Shown: one piece after another, positions 55,761 to 64,000 of the stretch
Position numbering within the stretch: position 1 is the stretch's first letter
Layout: every line of letters starts with the position of its first letter
Assembly (NCBI RefSeq): GCF_009914755.1
Contig: NC_060927.1
Reading direction: 5' to 3' (one strand)
DNA: 64,000 nucleotides
From: the human T2T-CHM13v2.0 reference genome, Homo sapiens
Made by a program: the position numbers and the translations under genes
Notes under the pieces: generated by a model
What the model was told of the DNA's origin: nothing
The model's database searches: none
Seen by the model: the letters and a program-made list of their open reading frames with translations, nothing else

Positions 55761-58700
55761 GTACTGCATTTTATTTTCATGGTCAAACCAGGTTTTACTA
55801 TGAAACTGAAGGGAGGGACCTTTCAAAACCCACCTTAGCTCAGGCATTACTGACTGAGGGGCTAGCTTTTTTTAAAAGAAAGAAAGAAAGAAAGAAAAAG
55901 CTGTTTATCCTGCCGTTAAAGGGAGCTAAATCATATGACTGTCTTTTTTAAAAGTCAAATATACTTAGTCGTCTCTTATAGGCTGATTGCCACATAATCT
56001 AATGTCAGAGAAGTGGTAATAACAAGATTTTCCATCTATTTAAATTCCCAGTGAGGAGCAAATGCCTCTTTTGTATCAAAGTATGCGTTTCTGATTTTTA
56101 GGTTTCAGCCAAGCATACCTGTGGGTTTACTTGCCTCGTTCAGATGAGCTGTTGCGCAATCCTTTCAGTGCATCAAGAAACGCCCTCCACTTCTAACTGC
56201 AATTAAGGCAGGCATACACGTCACCACTTCTGAGGGAGATTGGGAAATGGACAGTCCCGTGACCTGATTGTTCTTAGTATATGCAGTGAACAAGGATATA
56301 CCAGATCCATTCCTTACACCTCTGATGTTGGGTAGAGCAGGACAGAAACAATGTCATTCCCTTTCCTTTCAGCCCCCAGCAACAAATGATGGGCGTGAAT
56401 TGAAATCTCACTCATTTTCATTTGAAGGTAATAATGTTCAGTAACGGTCAGCTAGCTACATTTAGCAACAATTTCTGAGTAGGTGAATATGCTGATATCA
56501 CTGACTTATCAAAATACCCAGTAAGTCATTTTTCAGCTCTAGGAAGAAGCCTTGATAATTAAATCAGCCTGCCTTGTCAAAATCGATGGTGGCAACCAGA
56601 TTGTCACAAGTATAAATGTCTGCAGGAATGTTGCTTTCTAACCTATCTGTCATTAATATTAGAGCAATGTTACTAGTGAGACTCCTTGGATAAGAAAACA
56701 GAAAACGGATTTTGCAGTTTCTTAGTTTATACCACGGGGCATAATCTGTAAGCAACAAGAGTTCCATGACTAGAAATGTCCATTACATTTTTTAGAAACT
56801 AATTAGAACATAGGTTTCTGTAACTCAGTAGGAATTTTGCAGAGAAAACCTGCCAGACAAGAGTTTATAAATATAAATGATGGAAGTGAAGACCCCTGGC
56901 AAGGTGAGAAGTGCTGGGATGGCCTGTTCATACCTGTATAGGCACCTAGTAGATCTCTTAAAAACAAGAAAAGAAAAAAGGTGGGGGGTACGGGGGAAGG
57001 CTGATGGCAGAGAATACACTTACCAGACAAATAAATATTAACCATTTATTTCACAAGATCTTCATTTCTCTTAAAGTGAGTTTTCAGAAACATTTATAAA
57101 ATATGAATCTAGTTACAGAAACTTGCTCTCCATAAAAAAGGTTAAATCCACCAAAGCTGAGTGAATATTTTTGCATCCATGGGCATAAAACCTGATTTTT
57201 CAAATCTGGAGACCACAATTTTCTCTTATTTGGAATATCTATTTCTTTCCATAACCGAGGTATTTAAAGTAAACTTCGGTGCCTCTATTCTAGTGACTTA
57301 CAAGTTGTGATTATACATGCAGTTCCCTGCAGTTGTCTTTTTATAACCTGGAACGTAGAAGCATTGTCCTGGAGTTTCCTGAGTCTCTATTGCCTGGCGG
57401 ACAAGTATGTCAGGGTCTTTGAGGCTATGTGGAAGGTGTGCTGCCCTGCTCCCTGCCCCTACCCATTAGTGCCAACTGGGAGAGCATCCCAGACCCCAGG
57501 GGATGCCGCATGAGAAATGTCGTAATGCATGTTATAAAGCTCATGGAGAAAGAAAGGGCATAGGGTTGAGAGGACCCTCAAAGGAGATCACTTGGAAAGA
57601 GTAAATTATATCACAGTTTTGTAGAGGTTCCTGGGGTCTAGCTTAAATCCTTTTCAGCTGGTGAAGAAATCAGTCACACCTAAGCAGAGAGGCTTGGAGA
57701 AGAGATGGCCTTTCTTTCCAGTCTGGTTAGGGCTGTCATTCCCATCCATGAATGTGAACAAACTATAGGCCAGCAAGGAAAATGCCATGAAAGCAAGGAA
57801 GATGCTCTAGAAACCCATGTTAGCCACTCCAAACCTGCAAGACTTGTCGTGCTTCTGGCCCAATGCTTGACTGCCAGGAAATGCTACTTAGCCATTCCTA
57901 TTAATTGAGCTTCAAAAGAGAGAGAAGGAGAACAAGGGACACTAAAGTATTTCTGTCTCCTGACCTGGTAGCTGGTATTCACTTTGTCTGTCTCACTAAG
58001 GCTTTTTGAAGATGCTTTTTGATGGTTTACTGGCTGCCCCGTTTGACTAAAGAAGCATGACGCACAGGGCAGGCCGACTTTTTCAAGGGCAGAAATAACC
58101 CGGAGCCAAAGAACTAAGCTTTCTCAAGCAAACCAGTTGGCTTGAGTCAATATAATAAATGAGGTGTTCTTTGGCCTGGGTGCTGAGGACGACACCACGG
58201 TGAGTGTGGAGGCCGTTTCCCTCCTCCCATCCCTGTTTTCTGATGAGTGGCCTCTTATGGAGCTTGTCCCATGACTGACACTTCCCTGGTGATGTCCAGA
58301 ATTGTTCTGCTTCTCTGCCCTCTCCTGAGCCTTCACCGCCAAAGAATCGGATCTGGAGGGGCCCTGGCATGGCTTCTTCCAACTCTCCCTGTGCCTACGA
58401 GGAGGCTGGGGCTAAGAGCTGAGAGACTGCCCGAGGTCACGTGTGAAGTCTAGATGAGATCAAGACTACCGTCTGGGTTTCCCAAATCCCTGTGAGGTGT
58501 CCTCTCCAGCCTCTCCTGAGGTGGTGTCCACCATGTGTGGGCTGGGTTTTCTTGCCTTTTTTCTAAGCGATAATCCTTAAAGATGACGAGACGTAGGTAC
58601 CTTTACCCATCTTTACTTTTTCATTCAACTTTAGTACTTAGTCAAGGTCACAGATGAAAAAGAAAGTTGACATCATTCTTTATTATCCTGTTCAAAAACT

Positions 58701-59461
58701 TTGGCGTGCCTGTTTGGGTCTCCCTGCCTTGGGGAAGAAAGGCCATGAAGAACTGTCACCCATATTACCAAATAGACTAAAACATGATAGAATCACTGTA
58801 AGACTGACCTACACTTTTTAAAAGTCATGGATATTCACTAGTTTCCTAGATTATAAGTTACAATGATAACATTGATCGACCTCTTGTCATGTGCTAGCCA
58901 CTATACTAAACACATCTGCCTTATCTCAGTTCAGCCTCAGAGATAGATACCACTATTGTCATTAACTATTTTATACGCAAGGAAGAGAAAACATAGGCTC
59001 TGAGAGCTACAGAATTTGCCCGGGGTTACATAGTTAATTACAAGGGAACCTGGCTTTCAAACCCAGACAGTCCGATCCTAGAGTCCTAGCTCTTCACCAC
59101 TGCATTATCAGTGAACAGATGGACACCATTTGAGTGTTTTGAGGTCCACCTACAGGTTGAACCTGTAAGTTTCCTTTATGTTACACGATTATGTAAACAA
59201 TAGTGGGCATTAGCCCTGAGAGCACTAAATGTATCAAAACTTAAACATCTAGTCTTCAGCTCATTGCTGATTTTTCACACAGTTGAGAACACTCTCCAAT
59301 AGACGCCAAGTGCATTTACAAAGTGTGATTGTCCCAAGGTCATCCAAAACCTGTAGTTTTGGTCAGTTCCCACACAGAGGAATCAGACTAGTGAGTAGCA
59401 AGTGGTTGGTTCACTTGTCTGGGTCCAGTGCCCCCAAGAAGTGCCTGTTCAAGAACTATCA

Positions 59462-59765
<304 letters not shown>

Positions 59766-61258
59766 TATCACATATGATGAAAGGTAGGGGCTGACTGAAG
59801 AAGATGGCCAGAGATTTTAATCATGACCACTTAGGAATAAAAAAAATCTTTAATTCTTATGTCTCTAAAATGCAAAGGACCACCAATGCATATACTTCTC
59901 AGATCGTTAAATATAAAATAAATATTAAAATTATCACCAAAATAATGATGAAATACATTTTTGCATGATGCTTATAGTGTCTTTTGGTCCTGTGTATTCA
60001 AAGTTAATAAACTTTAAAATTATATCAGGACTTTATAAACACTCTGTGTGCAATGCCTACTAATCTCTGCTTTTAATCTACAGTTTAAACCATGTCTGTG
60101 TTGAAAAGAAAATAACCTCCCACAGCTAAATAGCTCTAAAATTTAATCTGAATCACTCTCTAACTCAGAAAATCTTCAAGCCCCTAGACCCTGCTTGAGA
60201 AGGAAACATAATTATTTTATGTATTATTAATAACTGGTTTTGTTTACTGTGGGTTTTTATTATTAAACTGCTGTTGACTTAAGTTATTACTCAAAGAGCT
60301 TTGGAAAGAAATTCAGAGGCCAGGAATTAATGTAAAAGGATATCTTAGAATGTATTTAAAATCCATTTCCCTTCTGAATAGTAGTAGCTGTTTTAGTACT
60401 AGAAAGTATATGACCTCAGGTAATGCCTGGGTTTTCATTTCATACAAATTGTCAGTCTCCTATTAATTACCAAAGCGTCTTTGCTCCAGCTGAGTAAAGT
60501 ATTAACATTTCCAGCTACTAGTGTTTCTGACAGCAACTTAAATTTGCAAAACATACTAAATGTTAACAAAGCCTAATAAAAAATCAGTTGAGGATCATCC
60601 AACTATCCTTAAACAAGCGTAATTGTGATACTTCTCTTGTGCTTTTGTTTTTCTTGGACACGATGCTGATAAATCCCATGTCACTAATATCACTTGAGTT
60701 GGCACTAATCATCCTAGAGGGAATATAGTTTCCTTTAATCATCCACAGGACCAGGCTGGGGATATGCTGGTCTTATTAGCTGCTGAAGTTACAGCTGGTA
60801 CCGTTTGAGCTTCTGACCCCCGACTGAGTCATAAAATGAAGCTAAGGAAAGAATTTTCTTCTAAACTGGGCTAATTCTACTCTAGTCTTTCACTCTACTC
60901 TTTCCCACCCTCTTCGGAAAAAAACATTGGGGAATTTGCCCTTGCTCCCAGCTCGGTTCATGTTTTCATGTCCACAAGCAAGCACACGGCTGTCTGCACA
61001 TGTGGTTAAGTGACCTGCGAGGTCTGATGCCTGATATGTGAATAAAGCGTGGCAGCATCGTGTCCGTTTTGGTCCTGAGCAGATGTCACTGTGAGCTCTG
61101 GCCGTGTCCTAAGCGCCCAAGCCTCTTAGGATGGTTACCCATCTAGCAAGGCTTTAAGGAGAAACGTCAGCAATAAGAGTAAAGTCTATAAACTTGGCTG
61201 GCTTGTATTTCCTTTCCTAACATTTCCTTCTCTCTCTCTCCCCTTTTTTCTTTTCCAG

Positions 61259-61291
61259 CTAATTTCCATTGATGAATTGGATAATGCTGAG
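61259..61291 (+). CDS. ITPR1: ITPR1 33-nt microexon LISIDELDNAE (first part of the neuronal SII insert)
   Basis: cctaac branch point at 61216-61221, long CT tract, ccag acceptor; weak GAG|gtccta donor; translation matches the SII segment. Confidence 0.92.
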
Positions 61292-64000
61292 GTCCTAATT
61301 TTGTTGTTTTTTGTTTTTCATGTCTCATGGTGGTGTTTCCGTGACACCTTCCCAGTTAGCCCTGTGATCCTTCCTCTAGTCTCACAGCGTCGAGTATCTG
61401 GCTTTGTGTGGTGTGCCCTCTGGGAGTGAGTGGAGTCTGTCGTGTCTGTGTTAGCATTTCCCATGAGTTTGTTTGCCATTAGTCCTTGGAGATCTCATCT
61501 GAGTCTAGATGAAGACTTTCTAAACTGCAGTAAGATTTTAATTGTTCACTGTCTAAAATCTCAGCTGAATTTGTGGTTGACGCTGGCCATTAACCTATCT
61601 CTGAAAGTCAGTTTTGAAATTGGCCTAAAGAACTTCTCTATCTGTGAGTAAAGCATCTGATACAAAACGATACAACAGCATTGGTATAATTTGAAAGTAG
61701 TAAAAAAGGAAAACTCATTACCCTCTTGGTCTACGTATTGAAAAGTATTGAGTGTGAGAGTTCATATAAAACTTTTTTTAAGCGCAGTGTGAATTCCTAC
61801 GTGCTAGTTGAGACTTTCCATCCGCAGGCTCACCGGCAAGGTTAGAAATGTCCTGTATCCATGGCTTCTCTTCTAGGAAAACTATGTATAGATCCAGAAA
61901 TTGAATATCATCCAGTGGCTTCTGTACTTATATATCAAGCTAGTTTCCCGTACCCAGAATTACCATGGAGACTGACTAGTGGTCATTTTGTTTGGGATCT
62001 GGGGGCCTCTTGAATGTTTTCTGTTTTGTGCATTTCTTCAGTATTCCTTGCTGTATTTTTAGGTTGTGACACATGCTAGGTAAATGCTACCAGAAAATTT
62101 TAATTTGAGGAATTCATGTACATAATTGAGAGGGTTTCATTGGTTGGCAAATCAAGCAAACTGGACAAAAACTTAATTTGTCTTTTAAAAGTCACTTCTC
62201 TGATCTACTTCAGATCTCTGTTTCTTCTTTTAGTAGACCAACTAATGCCTTTAGATGAGATAGAGCTACCAAATAGAACATGCTGTCTACTCTAGTATCT
62301 ACTCTAATTAATACACCGTAATTTCAGGAATACTAAGAAATGGTTCAGATATCCCTAAGGAGGGTTTGAATTACCAGCTTGAAACAGAAAGCAGCATGAG
62401 TGCTTATGTTGAATTTGGCACAGTTGCCTCCGGAATGGAGCTCAGAGAGGCTAAGTGACTGGTCCTAGCTCACACAGCTAGACAGTGACTAAATCAGGAC
62501 AAACACGTGGCTGGCTTTCCTGATGTGCTTACTGTTCTACCACAGTCAATTCCATAAGCACAGATTTTTCCTTATATTAATTAGACGGGAGCAGGTGAGA
62601 GGGCCATGCCTTCTGGGAAGACTAGAAGGTGAGAAAAACAAAAGGGAGTGCACCAACTTAATTAACTGCCGTTAACTGCAGGGAATTTTGCCGTTTCCTG
62701 TTTAGCATTCCTTCTTCCGGGTTATTTATATGCCAGAAAAATCACTTCTATGCTGAATTTGATGTTGGCACCCTTTAAGACTCTTGTTTCTACGTAGAGT
62801 TGTAAATGCCTCACTGATTTAAATTTTTCCTCTGAAATATTGAGGTTGAGTTTCTATTTGCTTAAGTACAAATGAAGTCGGGAAAGGAAAACCTTCCCTA
62901 ATCAGAGTCTGTGGTGTTATTAATACACTGTTTTGCCCCATAGTAATCAGTTGATGTGTTTGCTTGCTCAAGATAGAACTTGGGTCTCCTGGCTGGGAGT
63001 TTATTGCTCACTTATGGAAAGATTCCACAGTTGGAGCAGGTGTGTTTGTAATTATACTCTAGGAAATAGAATACTGTCTGTTTATAAAAGAGGAATGTTC
63101 TGGCAGCCACTCAGATTCTTTGAAAATTCCCTGAAGAAGCAACTGTGGATCCCCTTCTGCGTTGTTCCCCTGGCAACTGCCAGCGCTGGGACACCGATGC
63201 CCTGTCCCCAGCCCCTCAGGCTGGTGGATCTGGCCCTCTCAGCGGAGATGCCTCCTTGGCCTTTATAATTGATGCCGTTCTGGAAGCTACCACAGCTCCT
63301 GTGGTTTCTCCCCCACCAAGTCGTTTGCCGGTGTGTACTCCTGGAAACCTGCAGCCCACAGCTGGAGTTCTGCAGAAGCTTAATGAGAATTCGTGCTGGC
63401 CCGGGATTAAGGCAGGGCCTCACATCTGAACTGCGTACCCATGTTCCAAAGTCTAAATGTGGTGGGGAAGAGCCCCAAGGCTGTGTAGGGCCTGCCCAGT
63501 GGCCCACTGAGGAAGGGACGCCATGCTTTGATCATAAAGGCCACTTGATGTGCAATTAATGACTTGATAAAAAGTACAATGCCTACTGAGGCCCTGTCAG
63601 TGCTCTGAGAAAACAGGGTGAAATGAGGACACAGGTGTAGATTTCCTGCAAGAAAAGCGCATGGTATGGGGTCTTCCCCGCTGCCTTCTAGAATAAAATT
63701 TTGTTTGAAACCAGGAAGAGGAGGGGTTGTTTGTTTTTTGGCAAGCAAAGAGGCAGGGTCTCCATCCTTACCCCCTGATTTTTCTTAATCCCCTGGGGCT
63801 GGGGCAGGGGGACAGATGGGGTGGAGGAGAGAGAGAAACTCCTCATGTTGTTGTACCTTCCGCTCAGAGCTGGGTGAATTGTTACACATGTGTACACCTG
63901 TGTAGCCGCCACCTAAATCAAGACACAGAATGTTTCCATCATCCCAGAAAGTTCCCTCCTCTAGCCATTCTTGGCTTGAAAGAGTTAACAGCTGGTGCTA

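Noticed and set aside
62933-63912. Cluster of overlapping 74-141 aa ORFs on both strands near the window end
   Set aside because: Moderately GC-rich intron with no homology I recognise, and I could not find the next SII exon (LPPAP...) there.

Overview
This is human (primate) genomic DNA from the middle of ITPR1, the type 1 inositol 1,4,5-trisphosphate receptor / ER Ca2+ release channel, on the + strand. I traced 28 coding exons by hand from 1997 to 61291. Joined, they give 4140 nt in one continuous frame (1380 aa, [10 protein letters not shown]...GYGEK-LISIDELDNAE), covering most of the IP3-binding core and the armadillo/coupling domains. The start codon, the SI exon and the channel domain lie outside the window. 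Introns are rich in Alu, L1, L2, MaLR/ERVL LTRs and hAT/Tigger fossils. There is no prokaryote-type system (no CRISPR, IS element or operon). The most notable observations concern splicing and local duplication: (1) a non-canonical GA 5' splice site at 25291 with two competing GT donors; (2) the SIII alternative donor and the 33-nt SII microexon; (3) a 76-nt intron whose retention would truncate the protein; (4) a near-perfect duplicated exon donor at 47587 that could define a poison exon; (5) two more dispersed local duplications, one retaining a hairpin; (6) a nest of AT-rich palindromes. Repeat family names come from recognising consensus sequences by eye, so subfamilies and boundaries are approximate.
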